Positions 12,100 through 24,589 of a DNA stretch of 64,000 nt are shown piece after piece. The notes under the pieces were generated by a model. It was not told the origin of the DNA. It saw only the letters and a list, made by a program, of their open reading frames with translations, and searched no databases. The position numbers were made by a program, and so were the translations under genes. This DNA comes from Ginglymostoma cirratum. Taxonomy: Eukaryota. Location of the stretch: assembly GCA_024137785.1 (NCBI GenBank), contig JAHRHZ010000268.1:33768590-33832589 (forward strand). The letters run 5' to 3'. Every line of letters begins with the position of its first letter. Positions within the stretch are counted from its first letter, which is position 1.

Positions 12100-12660
12100 A
12101 ATATTTAAATCGAAGACAAATAGGAACTTTGCAACTGTCTTTCCAGGGAAGAAGATACTGCCAACGTTGCTGTGAAAGAGGAATTTATTGAGATAATGGA
12201 CAGCACCCAATCTGATAAAAAAAGACACTGTGTACTTATGACAGACGTCTTCAGAACTCAATAGGATGCATCTTTGGTGGTTGAACGAAATTGGGTTGGA
12301 AAATGCTGAGATATTTAACCACAACATTCCAATCCTCTTTTGGGCCTGGACGTGTTACTGAAAGAACTGGAATTGTAAATGTTGCACCCTTCTTCAGAAA
12401 AAGGAGCAAGAGAAATGCATTGCAACAGGATAGTCTGTTTAATCTTAGTGGCAGGAATGCTTTTTGAAACAAAATAATCCAAAACTCAAATAACAACAAT
12501 ACAATTGGACAAATGTGGATCAATTAAGAAAAGCCGACATTGTTTTGTAAAGATGCAATTGTTTTTAACTAAATGTAAAAGTTTACTAGACAAGGTAACA
12601 GAGGGTTGATCTGGATAATCAGCTGATGTGTATAAAAACTTGCAAAGGATGTTAATGTTG
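12100..12660 (+). mobile_element. Very old CR1 ORF2 (RT) fragment
   Basis: Residual motifs NFATVF, NVAPFFRKRS (cf. NVTPLFKKG), HCFVK..FLT (cf. HGFVKGKSCLTN). Confidence 0.6.
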
Positions 12661-12779
12661 TATGAGCAAGACTCAATGCTGACCAGCATATTGTTGTATA
12701 AGGCTGACTACATTACTGCTCACTATGGTGTAGGTTGCTGCCACCATCATTTTTTAAGGGATAGGCATTTGCAGAATCT

Positions 12780-13280
12780 GCCAGGTCTGATGTAGTAGAG
12801 AAAAACCACTTGCTGGATTGCTGATCAATTTAGCAATGAAGAAGTCTGTGAACATCTTGCATTTATTGTTGAAAGTGAAGGTGGAGGAGACTTGAGAGTT
12901 TTAAGAAGGCAGTTTGCCTTAGTGAAAAGAAGACCAGGGTTATCTTTGCATTTTAGGCTGAGCCAGGAATGAGACCAGGTTTGGCAGATGAGAACAGGAC
13001 TCAATAAATGTTCTGCAGAGTCCAGCTAGATTGGGTGTTAGATTGTTAAATAATGCATCATTCAAGTTTGTACCCCCTGAACTTAAAATAATGGAGATGG
13101 GGACCATACCAGGTAGAGCAGTTAAGATGAGAGGCAGTGACTGTTTAGTTGTGGGCTAGGGTACGGAAGGTGGATGTGAGGCTGCATTTGAACAAATTAG
13201 TAGCAGCAGAAATGTAGCTGTGAATGAAAACTTTTGACAGTTGAGATTTTGAGAAGATTAAGTATTACCAGATGTCATAC
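12780..13280 (-). mobile_element. Old L2 LINE ORF2 fragment
   Basis: Minus-strand cctggtatggtcccc and ctcaagtctcctccaccttcac segments resemble L2 ORF2; heavily decayed. Confidence 0.4.
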
Positions 13281-13556
13281 AAACTAAGAAACTAATCACT
13301 GGATAATAATTTTGAACCAATTGGACAAGTTCCTGATGTGGAAAGAAGAGCATGCCCTTCTGCTTTGCTTTAATTAAACTCTGAAAATGTTTGTATTGGG
13401 GGTTATCAGCATGAGAATAAATCATTTAATATTTCAACAAAGGTCACTCTTTTGCAAATAACATGATTTGAAATAATTCTATATTCAGTTATGATTCAGT
13501 GGATAATTAAATGTTTAAGTATTCACAAGAGATTTGAAAACTTGTTATCACAATCA

Positions 13557-13742
13557 GAGATAATAGGAACTGCCGATGCTGGAGAATCTGAGATAACAAG
13601 GTGTAGAGCTGAATGAACTCGGCAGGCCAAGCGGCATCAGAGGAGCAGGAAAGGGTCTAGACCCAAAACGTCAGATTTCCTGCTCCTCTGATGCTGCTTG
13701 GCCTGCTGTGTTCATCCAGCTTTACACTGTGTTATCTCAGAT
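13557..13742. mobile_element. Penelope-like pLTR fold-back insertion
   Basis: Left arm is antisense up to gagcaggaaag, right arm is sense from ggtctagacccaaaacgtcag. No clear TSD. Confidence 0.85.
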
Positions 13743-14002
13743 ACAGCAAGCAGATGGTCTATCAGGCCATAAAGGGTTACATGTCATCAATATACCCTGC
13801 ACTTCTTTCCAAATTTAGTACTCTATAATAAACTATCAAATGTGTGCTCTTGACCTAGTTAAAACAAGTATTTCCAGCCTTGTTGGATACAATTCAATCA
13901 GGAAATTCATTGTCTTTGAAGACTTACATTCCACTGTACCTCATTAAAGCAAGAAGCAAATTAAAGTCGAGTGATCATGACTTAACATTCCAGATCAACA
14001 GA

Positions 14003-14210
14003 TCATAGGATCATAGAATGATGGAACAGTACAACACAGAAGGGAGGACATTTGGCCCTACAGTTCTGAGCTGGCTTATTTGAAGAGCAAACTCATTACT
14101 CTCGATCCTTTGCTCATACCACATCCCTTTTTATTTTCCAAGTATTTATCTCATTCCCTTTTTGAGTGCTACTATTGAATCTCCAAGCCATGTACCATCT
14201 GGACAATGTA
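14003..14210 (-). mobile_element. CR1 3' tail relic
   Basis: tcatagaat...acaacacagaagggaggacatttggccc, typical of antisense CR1 3' ends. Confidence 0.55.
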
Positions 14211-15088
14211 ATTAAAATAACTGGTCCCCTTTTCACATTTTGTTCAACACATCCTGACTATTAACATGATAGTGGATTGATGTAAAATATGTATGGTGAA
14301 AAAATGCATGGATTTCTCTCAGAGCCTTGTAAATCTTTATATATGTTAGTTTACAGAGCTATTTTTCACCATTAAAATTCCTCACCTACAGTATTCATGT
14401 AAATAGGGAGTCAATAACCAAGCTATTTAATAGGAATCCATTAGAAGTAAATTGCTAGACCTTGGACTTGCTTGCTTTTTTTGGCTAGCTGCGGTATAAA
14501 ATACTGGTAACTTTCTAGGTGTCCATTCCCATTTCTGAAAAATTTTTGATTTGTGCTCACTGAAGTTGCTAAGAGCTCATAACCATTAATATTGTAGTAA
14601 GCAATATCAGTGTTCTATTCCTCAAAGGCGATGATGTGTAACAAGGGTACATCACAACAAGATGCATCAGATATCTATGTTGCCAATTTAAACTGTTATT
14701 GACACCCATCAGGAAGCTTGTCTGGAAATTGAATTCCACTATTCTGAGACTGGTGAAAAAAATGAAAGTGTAATGAAACTATCACAAATCCCAATTTACC
14801 TGCGAATCACTGCTGCCCAGGATTTAAAAAAAAGCCACTCCAAGTTTTATTCAGTTGTAATAATAAAACCTCTAACATTAACAAGAGCAGAAAAAGAACA
14901 GGATTTTAAGCTTGTGAATTTTCTTTCAAAACCACAGGCACACACACAGACAGATATACATATATGCAAACACACACCAATATGATGGGTGGAGAGCTTA
15001 AGAATGTTATAGGAACACCAATTCACCAATTCTGTATCACCAATTCAAAATCTCCCAATCAGATAAATTGGTTCCAGAATCGTCTAAT

Positions 15089-15174
15089 GGTCTAGGCCCG
15101 AAACGTCAAGCTTTCCTGCTCCTATGATGCTGCTTGGCCTGCTGTGTTCATCCAGACCTGCGCCTTGTTATCTC
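15089..15174 (+). mobile_element. Penelope-like pLTR fragment (starts inside hammerhead stem II)
   Basis: ggtctaggcccgaaacgtcaagctttcctgctcctatgatgctgcttggcc...ccttgttatctc. Confidence 0.85.
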
Positions 15175-15403
15175 CGTGTTATGTGTACAATAAGTAGTCT
15201 TTATTTCACCGTTTTTCTCAGTTGGACATGAGTTCTTTCAGGTTGTCTTTGTATTCTAGAACACTTTCAGTAGTTCCAGAATTTCTTTTTCTGCTCTTTC
15301 AGAAAACTGGAGAGAGCAAATTTGCAAAAAACGTGGAGTGAGAGATGATTGATGAAACTAACTTCAGGAAGTCTCCTTTTCTCTGACTGGTTTTGCTCCT
15401 CAG

Positions 15404-15468
15404 ACCCTGTAAATTGCAACCCGACTAATCAGAGGCTTATTGCTATGCTGAACTATCCTGAATCCATA
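15404..15468 (+). other. Candidate 65-nt exon
   Basis: Branch-like ctgac, acceptor ggttttgctcctcag, donor ATA|gtaagt. One open frame (PVNCNPTNQRLIAMLNYPESI), not recognised. Confidence 0.3.
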
Positions 15469-15773
15469 GTAAGTGGGGCCACTTTTTATGGACATTTTAT
15501 TTTTCCCAAAAAGTAACATTGCTTCAGGTACACCAGTTACTGTCACTTGTTTTCCCAGAGTTGCTAATAATTCCTTGTACTTTCTCTTATTTTTAAAAGC
15601 AGTGTCCTTTTTTTCCATTTTCGGTCCAAAGGCAAGAAATAAAATAGAGAAGTAATTTCATATGGACAGAAGTGAATTTTGGTGTTTGTAGACAGAAAAG
15701 AATTTCAAATTGGAGGAGTTGTAATTTTTTTTTTTGTTTTTGCCTTGCACCAGACTTGAATTGGAATTGTCCC

Positions 15774-15890
15774 TGACGTCACTAAGTCATCCATCCAACC
15801 AATGGGAAACATACTTTTGCTCATTCTCAATAAGCTGTTCTAAGTCCCAACCATTGGAGATATCAAATAGATAATCCTATTATTATAATG
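15774..15890. promoter_or_regulatory. Promoter-like module: full CRE, two CCAAT boxes, TATA-like element
   Basis: TGACGTCA 15774-15781; aaCCAATgg 15799-15803; inverted CCAAT (ATTGG) 15853-15857; tattataat 15881-15889; all in unique sequence. Confidence 0.45.
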
Positions 15891-16445
15891 GATGAGCAGG
15901 AAGGGCACTCTAGCTATTAATCAGAAAGCTTTCTTATCTACTCAATCTGTATGCCACTGCAATAAATTTGTATTCCAAATATTTATGTTATCATGTACAT
16001 AGAAGCTCGCTCATTCTCTCACTAGCAGGTAACGTTTCAATCAAGAAGAGAAAGGGTTCAAGGATAGAACCTGCAGGAGAGGGGAGGATTGTAATGCTGG
16101 GGCAGAAAGAACAGCAAGTGAAACCATTGAGTGGTAATTGCAAGTCTGCTGTTCGCTTTGTCTTTTCCAAAAAGAAAACAGCTGTTCAGTTCCATCCATC
16201 CAATACTCAAGCTATTAATTTCTTCACCTGGCAGACATTCAACATTAGATAAAAAATTCATAACTGGAATGTTCTTAGCAGAAAGGAAACTTGTTTGCAG
16301 TGCAACAATCAAGAAAGCTAAAAGGATAAGGAACTACAACGCCAAAACAGGAGAGAATGGCTTTGAGTCTGAGCCCTCCTGGGTGGGAGAAATTCTGTGT
16401 GAAAGGAGGGTAAAGAGTGGGTGTTAAATTATTGGCTGCTTTTAG

Positions 16446-16508
16446 CTCGATCCAAAAGTGGACTAATTCTGTCAACAGTGCTGCAAACCATTCTAACATC
16501 ACCACAAT
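16446..16508 (+). other. Candidate 63-nt exon
   Basis: Acceptor gctgcttttag, donor AAT|gtgagt. Open frame SIQKWTNSVNSAANHSNITT, not recognised. Confidence 0.22.
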
Positions 16509-16994
16509 GTGAGTGCTCAGTTTGATACGCAGCAGCAACTTAACAGGAGGAGCTGTCTTCCTAGACGAGGCACCAGTCTGTTATAAAGCTTTCCAACTTT
16601 TTCCTAAAATGAAATGTTATTTAAATTTGCATACGTACATTACATAACTTTTTGAACATTGCAGAAAGTGCAGCAAAGTTTAACTACTCCCAAAATAGCA
16701 TTTTCCACTCAAAGGCTACAATACAATTGCAATAGTTTGGATATTTGCAGTAACTTTCCATGTCAGGAATACAGTGAAGATGTCTACAGATTCAAGCTCC
16801 TCGGTCCATTATGGTTGAAAGCTAGGCGCGAACTGGTGCAGCTCTGTGGTGGCTGCTTCAAGCTTTAATGGGTCACTGAGCACTTGGTTTGGGACCTTTG
16901 AAGTATGCCATTCTGCAATACTCTTTGAGGACAACTTTTTGCAATGGAATTCAAAAAAGGCAAGCCAATTTTTGGTCAAACCAAAGAGTGTATC

Positions 16995-17016
16995 TTATTT
17001 ATTTATTTATTTATTT
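16995..17016. repeat. (TTTA)n microsatellite
   Basis: ttatttatttatttatttattt. Confidence 0.8.
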
Positions 17017-17629
17017 TTATGTATGTCCCTGGGAATAGCCCATATATCGCACCTTCCTGAGTCAGAGGGCTGTTTGTAATTGACCTCCAAAGCTAACGCT
17101 AAATTTCCTAAATGCTCACCACCACCCCACCAAATGCCATTTTAACTTGACAAATTTATTCAGGTGCCTGACTGGTGTTGGCCTACTTAACTTGCAGTCC
17201 AGTGCTATTGTTGATGCTGCATAGTACAATTTTAAACAAATTCCGGGATCAAAGATGACAGCAAAATGGTGAGAAAAGTCTACTTTTGTACAATGTCATG
17301 GTTCTGAATGAGTTAATGTTACCTTGGCTGCACTGATTCTGCTAATGTCATAGTCTGTAGGCAAAGACAGAGTTCTGCTTTGGCTTCCAGTTAGAGCAGG
17401 TTCAACTTCTGCCAGCCAGTCCCCAGTTCACATGTTAACTTCCCAGTGCAGTTTTCAACCAATTTTAAATGATCCTTCTTGCAAGTAGGAAGGGAAGTAA
17501 TATCAATTTCAAAAGTATGGCTCTTCTGCTGGGCTTCCATAATTCTCATCAACATAAAATAGCAGTTTTGAAAGGGTCAGCCAGAAGTTGAAATTGATTC
17601 ACATCATACGTTTGGGATTGCTTAGGTTG

Positions 17630-17850
17630 TTTGTGAATGACCATGATTCTTCCTCATCCTCCTCAACCTCTGTACAGCCTTTGACATTGTTGATGACTGC
17701 ATTCTCCTCCAATATTCAGTTCATTGGAATTATCTTTGACTGATTCCAGTCCTATTATCCAGCCATTACTGAAGATCTTCTTCTATGGTTTCTCTTCCAG
17801 CTATCTAGAGATCACCCTGGGCCTGTTCTCAATGCTGTCCCATTTCATGA
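17630..17850 (+). mobile_element. L2 RT fragment
   Basis: ttcctcatcctcctcaacctctgtacagcctttgacattgttgat = FLILLNLCTAFDIVD (cf. LDLSAAFDTVDH). Confidence 0.7.
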
Positions 17851-17852
17851 GT

Positions 17853-18120
17853 TAGGAACATAGGAACAGGGGTAGGCCATTCAGCCCCTTGAGCCTGTTC
17901 TACCATTCAATGAGATCATGACTGAACTATGGCCTAACTCCACATACGGGCCTTTGGCCCATAAGCACTTCATACCTTTGCTTAATAAAGATTTATCTCG
18001 CATCCTGTTAACATCTTGAAGACTTCAATTAGATTACCTCTTAACTTTCGAAATTCTGGAGAAAACGGACCTAATTTGTATAGTCTCTCCTCATAACTTC
18101 ACCCCTGAAATCCAAGTAGA
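17853..18120 (-). mobile_element. CR1 3' fragment
   Basis: taggaacataggaacaggggtaggccattcagccccttgagcctg antisense tail. Confidence 0.75.
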
Positions 18121-18139
18121 ACTTGCATGTATATTAGTG

Positions 18140-18350
18140 TCTTTCACAAGGATGTTTCAAAGTGAAAGCCGGTGGTATACTTTTGAAGTGTAATCACTGT
18201 TGCAGTGTGGGAAATGAGGCAGACAATTTGCAAACAAAGCTTTCACAAACAGCAACGTGATATGACCAGATAATCTATTTGTGTTAGTGATGTGGACTTA
18301 TGCTAATAACACCAAGATTTACTGCCCCACTGTTTTGGATCAATGTTTGC
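18140..18350 (-). mobile_element. Deu-domain SINE 3' part
   Basis: ttttgaagtgtaatcactgttgcagtgtgggaaatgaggcagacaatttgc...gaccagataatc. Confidence 0.55.
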
Positions 18351-18439
18351 TGAACACAAACTTACCAATCTCTCTCTATACTGGTAAACTAAACATTGGT
18401 TCTGCTTGACTGGAGCTGTAATGGGACAGATTTTCCACT

Positions 18440-19322
18440 GGCCAGATGGTCATTATGTCAGCGTGGAGATCCCAAAGTGTGCTTTGGGACCCTGCAGAAT
18501 TACCTGGGAAATCGAAACTTCCTCTGGGCAATCTCTCTATGCCTGGAATTCTCTGAACAGGTCCATAAAAATCAGAGGCTTCAGATGGTTCTGATTTTGA
18601 AATCAAGTAAAATAGTTACTCAGGAACAGTTAGTGTATTAAATACACGGTTTAATTCCTGAGTAACTATTAAATTGATGCTATACATACCTCACTGACCC
18701 AAAACTACACTTCTCCAGCCCCGATCCATCCCCACCCTGGGACCCGGAACTCCTCCCTCTAGCAGCTCCAGCTCCCATTCCCACTGCCATTAGACCCAAC
18801 CCAACCCTTGAAGTAACCAGGCCTCCACCTTCCCTGCCACCTGCACCATACTCAATTATCTCTAGCATAACCCGCTCTAGCAACAAACTGGATTCAATTC
18901 AACCCTATTAACCTTCCAACACTCGCACACCAACCTGATTTTCTCCAGCCCACCCTGACCTACTGTAAACACTAACCTAACGGTTGCCATTTTGCATCTT
19001 ACGCCCTACCCTCACAGCACCCTAACATCAAGCTTGTTTCATGTACTTACCCTTTGACAGCAGCTATCAAAGTGGCTGTCAGGACATTTTCTGAAGTTCA
19101 GAGTGTGGCAGCAGTCTGCTGTGAAAAGGGAACGTGGTTTGCCTTCCTCAACATTTCTGCACGCAAGAGAACTGTCAGAATAGGAGTAAAGCTTCACATT
19201 TCTAAGGAGCCCTGAGTGTAATCTCCTTTCAGAAATGTGGATCTCCTTTATGCCATCTTTTCTAAACAAAAAGACTGAGTGACAATCTGGGTGAGATTGT
19301 TGCTCCTTGGAAAATCCAGATC
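18440..19322 (+). mobile_element. Old non-autonomous DNA element with internal 60-bp hairpin
   Basis: Homologous (inverted) to 1470-2256. C-rich internal degenerate repeats; ends ggaaaatccagatc; hairpin at 18611-18670. Confidence 0.5.
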
Positions 19323-19529
19323 ATTGTTTCAGATCTTGTCAGGGGCCCTTCCTGTGTTCTTCGAACTCAAATTGTTGTCACTATCTTGTGTTCCTAAGTC
19401 TGCTTAACATAACCCTACCAATCTCACACCAAGACTGGTAAACCTAACTTCATTCTGTTTATTTGAAGATACGTTACAAGATTGCTCAACAGTTAGCTTC
19501 ATTACAAAGGTACAGCAACTATTGTAACA

Positions 19530-20100
19530 GGCAAGCATGGCTGTAGCTCCCTCATATGACATACTGCCACTGAAACTGTCCAATGTCTCCTGTAGTCACA
19601 TGTCCTACAACCTGCACATCTTCTCGTTAGCATGCTGCCTCATTAAGAGATATTACCACAACTGCCACATGTTCCAATGCCTCCAGTCTTTCTCTTCTGC
19701 CAGATTGCTTGTCCAATATCCAGTCCTGGATGAGCCACAATTTCTTCAAATTAAACATTAGGAAGAAAGAAATGATTGACATCTTCTCCACACTATAAAT
19801 TCTGTATGTGACATTAATATCCCATTGACTCTCATCCATGTTTATAATTACTTCCAAACTTGAGTATTACAATATCCTTTTGGTTGGTCTATCATTTTAC
19901 ATCTTGCATGAGCTTAAACTTTTCCAAATCTCTACCACCTGCATCTTTAATCATACCAAATCCTTTACCCCTACATGGGTTCCAAGTCTACACATGGCTT
20001 GATTTTTAAAATTCACATGCGTGTCTTCAAATCCGTAAGTGATCACAGCTTCCAAGAACACTGCATTTGTCAAACTTTGACTTCCTCGGCATGAAAAAAA
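19530..20100 (+). mobile_element. Old L2 fragment
   Basis: cagattgcttgtccaatatccagtcctggatgagccacaatttcttcaaattaaacatt (cf. L2 CLSDIxxWMxxNFLQLN). Confidence 0.55.
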
Positions 20101-20318
20101 TTGCGAAAGAGAAATGAATGAAATTTTGCACATATGTAATGACTTGTGTTTAAATGTAGCAGGCCACTTTCCGCAGGGACTGACTTTTTTGAATTGTATG
20201 GATTGTATTGCTATATAGGTAATCCAAATTAAGCCTTTTTATTTTGTATTAGTTTATCAACGTCCATTCATGTCATATTTGGGTGTACTTACTGTACTCC
20301 AAGTCTTTATCCTTTCAG

Positions 20319-20419
20319 ACCCCAACCACAATGTAATGATGTCATGGGGACTTGGCACAGTGAAGAAGGATATGGTAGGAAACAGACCTGAGTCCAATGT
20401 GGTCCTAACAGCCTCTCTG
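20319..20419 (+). other. Candidate 101-nt exon
   Basis: Acceptor ctttatcctttcag, donor CTG|gtaagg. Open frame PNHNVMMSWGLGTVKKDMVGNRPESNVVLTASL, not recognised. Confidence 0.28.
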
Positions 20420-21394
20420 GTAAGGTAGCTCATGTTCATGTAATCTGTTGATAGTTGCAGTAATGCAGAAAACTACCTATTGTTTACTCAACAAGAAATT
20501 TTTAGTTAAACCAGAACAGTTGTTATCCTAATCCACACTAAATTGAGTGTGTACATTCTTTCGAACATACAGCAATATTGAGTTTTAACTCCTACATTAG
20601 TTTAACCTTTTTTTTGTATTTAGCAGAAAAGGTATACCTTATTCCATGTAAGGAAGCTTAAGAAATAATATTTGTTTGATAACAAATAAACTGTTCATTT
20701 AAAATGAAATGCTTGTTCCAGCAATTCTGGAACAAAATAACAAACTGTCAATGTTTAGTCATTGAACTTAATTGTAAAAATTTTGCTGGAATTTGATTAT
20801 CTTTCTTTGCCATTGATTGTTCATGTAATTTACTGGCTAGCTCTGTTGAAATGCCTTTATCACAAAAATAAATATTTATCTGTACATGGGTTGTGGGTGT
20901 TGTTGGCATGTTGAATAGAAATGATTAGATATTTATTGTATTAAAGTAAAATCAACTGATGCAATGATTGGAAAGAATATGACTTAAAACAGGAGACAGC
21001 AGTGATATTATACAGTGTCTGCAGTCTCGTGAACTCTTTTATGGCTGGAAATATACTGATGCTCAGTATTAGTATGTTTGGGTGTATGGTATCTAAGCAT
21101 AATAACTCTCATGCCTTTTTATTCAGACATATATCTAGAATCCAGAAATGTCTTCTACCACAAGATACCCACATATACCCAAAAGATGATCCTGGCCACA
21201 AGCCTAGCACAGAGGTTGTTAACACACAAGAGGAGAGTTCCCCAGCCTGAACCATCAAGTTGTGCTAATATGGGGTCAAAATGAAAAACAACGAAATTCT
21301 GCAGCTTGAGAAAGGAATAATCATTCATCTGCCTTTCTCAAAGAATTTATTTTAAATTGTCATGAAATTAATGAGCATGCATGGTCGTGGTTCC

Positions 21395-21525
21395 GGTGAA
21401 GTGTCACCAGGCTCAAAATGTTAACCCTGCTTTCTCCCCACATGTGGTGCCTGACCTACTGAGTTTCGCCAGCAATTTCACTGTTTTTGTTTCAGATCTC
21501 CAGCATTCACAGTTCTTTGCTTTAT
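21395..21525 (+). mobile_element. Second, older PLE-type terminal-repeat family copy
   Basis: gtgaagtgtcaccaggctcaaaatgttaaccctgc...gcaatttcactgtttttgtttcagatctccagc. Confidence 0.6.
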
Positions 21526-21704
21526 TCTTGTATTTATGATTGTGCTGGGTGCTTGCTAATAGGCGGGAGCCTCTCTGCCAATTTTTTTTAGAATAAAGCC
21601 TAAAATAGATCCTGAATCAAGCATTCTAGAAATAAAAATAAGCTTTTAGCATTTGTTTTGGCATGCATTTGTATAAATGTAGATAAACCTTTACATCTAC
21701 ATTA

Positions 21705-22580
21705 TAGAAGCGGAGGGCTGTTCTAGGTTACAAAGGGACATTGATAGGATGTAGAGCTACGCCAAGAAGTGGCAGATGGAGTTTAACCCTGAAAAATATA
21801 AGGTGATTCATTTTGGAAGGACAAACTCGAAAGCCGAGTACAGGGTTAACGGAAAGATTCTCGGCAGTGTGGAGGAGCAGAGGGATCTTGAGGTTCATGT
21901 CCACAGTTCCCTGAAAGCTGCCACCCAGGTGGATAGAGTTATTAAGAAGGCGCATGGTGTGTTAGCTTTCATTAATAGAGGGATTGAGTTCAAGAGCCGT
22001 GAAGTTATGCTCCAGCTGTACAAAAGCCTGGTTCGGCCACATCTGGAGTATCGTGTCCAGTTCTGGTCATCTCATTACAGGAAAGATGTGGAAGCGTTGG
22101 AAAAGGTGCAGAGGAGATTTACCAGGATGCTGCCTAGAATGGAGGAAAGGTCTTACAAGGAATGGTTGAGAGAGTTAGGGCTTTTCTCTTTAGGACGACG
22201 AAGGATGGGAGGTAACTTGATAGAGGTGTACAAAATGATCAGAGGTATAGATAGAGTGGACACCCAGAGGCTTTTTCCTAGGGTGGAGGTAGCTATTACG
22301 AGGGGGCATAGTTTTAAAGTGAGTGGAGGTAGATATAGGGGAGACATCAGAGGTAGGTTCTTTACTCAGAGAGTGGTAGGGGCGTGGAATGCATTGCCGG
22401 AGCGGGTAGTGGAGTCGGCCTCATTAGGGGCATTTAAGTGGCTATTCGATAGGCATATGGATGATAGTATAAGGTAGGGGTGGAGGTTACATAGACCTTA
22501 GGTTTAGGGTATAAGTTTGGCACAACATCATGGGCCAAAGGGCCTGTACTGTGCTGTACTGTTCTATGTCCTATGTTCTA
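21705..22580 (+). mobile_element. CR1 LINE 3' fragment (ORF2 C-terminus still open, 21776-22477)
   Basis: MEFNPEKYKVIHFG...LYKSLVRPHLEY..QFWS...LEKVQRRFTRMLP...TRGH...FFTQRVV..WN; (gttctat)n tail. Confidence 0.95.
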
Positions 22581-23439
22581 ACACATCATCTTCCAATCGT
22601 ATATCACTGCTGATAACACACAACTTGGAACTATTTAGTTGAATTAGTACAATTGACATAACAGTAATTTTTGGTCAATCAAAAAGGCATACAATGAATC
22701 TTAATGATAGCAACACATTTGCAGTAAATGTAGAAAGTGTTTTCTGCTCCATGCATTTTATGCCAGTTTTAATTGTACTGATAAATTTATGCATGTTTGA
22801 GCATGGGCTGGTTTAATAAATGCTGGACTATTTTAGGACTAGAGTATCACAGAGACTTATATGAAGAAAAAATAAACTGCAGAACATCTTCAGAAATGCA
22901 TTCTTTAATATTTTTTCTTATTTTTATTATTCAGTGGCAAACCGAGCACATGCAACATTTGAATTAACAGTGAGACAGCTAGAATACATTCACAAGCACG
23001 AAAAGTGCATTTTTTGCTGGATCCTTCACAAACAGAACTGAGTGTTTTGGGAATGGAGCTTCCTGTTCAGCTTCAGATCTTAGATGTTGATTGCAACATT
23101 TAAAGAACACATTAGTTGAGAATTGTTTGTATTTTACTTTGGCTGTGTATGTCAGGTTGCTACTGGTACTTTTCACTATATCTCGCTAGATATATGTGAC
23201 AATAAATCATTATTTCATTCAGTCAGATATTTGTCTTGCTTTAACTAAGTGCAAGTTAATTTTCTAGTTTGGAAATGTGTGCTGGCAAGAACAGTGGCAA
23301 GAGTTGATTACAGTTCATTTGCTGTGTCATGCCTTGCTAAAATGGCTATTATTCACATCTGAATCTTGACAGGCTACACATCGATGGAAAGTTCACTGTC
23401 GGCATAATCCTTTCCAGATTCAAAGGTTTATAGTTGCGC

Positions 23440-23641
23440 ATTTCTATAAGGGATCATTACAGGCTGAGTTTAGAAATTTTGCCTGATTCTTCCTTCTGTG
23501 CCTAGTAAGAACTTGGGCTAATTGTGGCATCTTCAGCCTAGGTTTGATTAGTTTACTCACCACACACCAGGGATCAAACAGTTGATAATTCCTGTTTTAT
23601 CTGACTCAGGGATAGTGACTTTGCCTCTAATCCATCAGGGA
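23440..23641 (-). mobile_element. Ancient tRNA-derived SINE (same family as 26745 and 45045)
   Basis: Reverse complement resembles ...tccctggtgtgtggtgagtaaactaatc...ccacaattagccc. Confidence 0.45.
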
Positions 23642-24349
23642 AACCCAACCGATTTATTTCTGTGGTTTGAATGGAAATTCACACAATACTTTTCAGAAAA
23701 AATAGAATGCTGTCTGTAGTTATCATCATCATGTGTATCGATGCATTTTTTTTCTAGCAATGCATGGCTGATTCCTTCAACTATCTTTTTGTTCACTCTA
23801 CTTTCTGTGTAAAGCCTGTTAGTCTACAGCTCAGAACCCAGCTGTTGTATGCTGGGGCACTTGCGCACAGATGTTCTAATTAAAAGTCTACCACATCCCA
23901 CTAATTGGAGATTATTCCAACATTGAAATTTAGACTGAGCAGTTACACTTGTCTTGACACAACTGAGACAACCACCAAGGCAGCTGAATAGACTAATCCC
24001 AAGAAAAGCTTTCAATCTCATGATTTGGTTCAACAGTTTGAAAGAAAACCCAACTATCTAATTAAATTGTTAAACGACATATCAGATAATTGCTAGTAAG
24101 TTGCATTTCAGCATTTTTCCCAACCTCTAGACAATAATCCCTCATTTCAACATTCTGATTTAGGCCTACAACTAGCATAGAAGACATCTTAGGCAAAGTT
24201 AAGCCATCCCCTCACATAAATGGGGTAAAAATCTAAGAACAGCAGTCACTTGTGCAGTGACTACAGTCACCACTTTAGGTAGGCTCATGAGCTGGGCAGC
24301 TAAAATGCCTGCTTGATTTAGGTGAGAAACAACTATGAATATGCAAGTA

Positions 24350-24570
24350 TGATGTACAATTATAATTTAGAATTTAGCAAATAGCTTATGATCTAGAATG
24401 GACTTCCTGAAAGGGTAGAAGCACATTCAATAATTAATGTTTTAAACAAATTTCAGGGAGCACCTATAGGTGAAAATTTACAGAAGCTTGAGGAAAGGGC
24501 ATTGTGGAAAAACGTATTGGATAACGTTTTCAAAGACTCAGCAAGTTTGCAATGGCCAGCCTCTATGCTG
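24350..24570 (+). mobile_element. CR1 3' relic
   Basis: atctagaatggacttcctgaaagggtagaagcacattcaata. Confidence 0.45.
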
Positions 24571-24589
24571 TCTCTAGGAAGTAGTTTTG

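Noticed and set aside
15774-15860. MHC-type S-X-Y module or a known CRE-driven gene promoter
   Set aside because: CCAAT orientation and spacing do not fit X2-Y, no X1 box is visible, and no recognisable first coding exon follows.
20713-20735. 9-bp stem hairpin ttgttccag-caatt-ctggaacaa
   Set aside because: Short enough to arise by chance in 64 kb; terminator logic does not apply to a eukaryote.
21776-22477. Longest ORF (233 aa) as a host gene
   Set aside because: It is the C-terminus of CR1 ORF2, 5'-truncated, with a CR1 tail.
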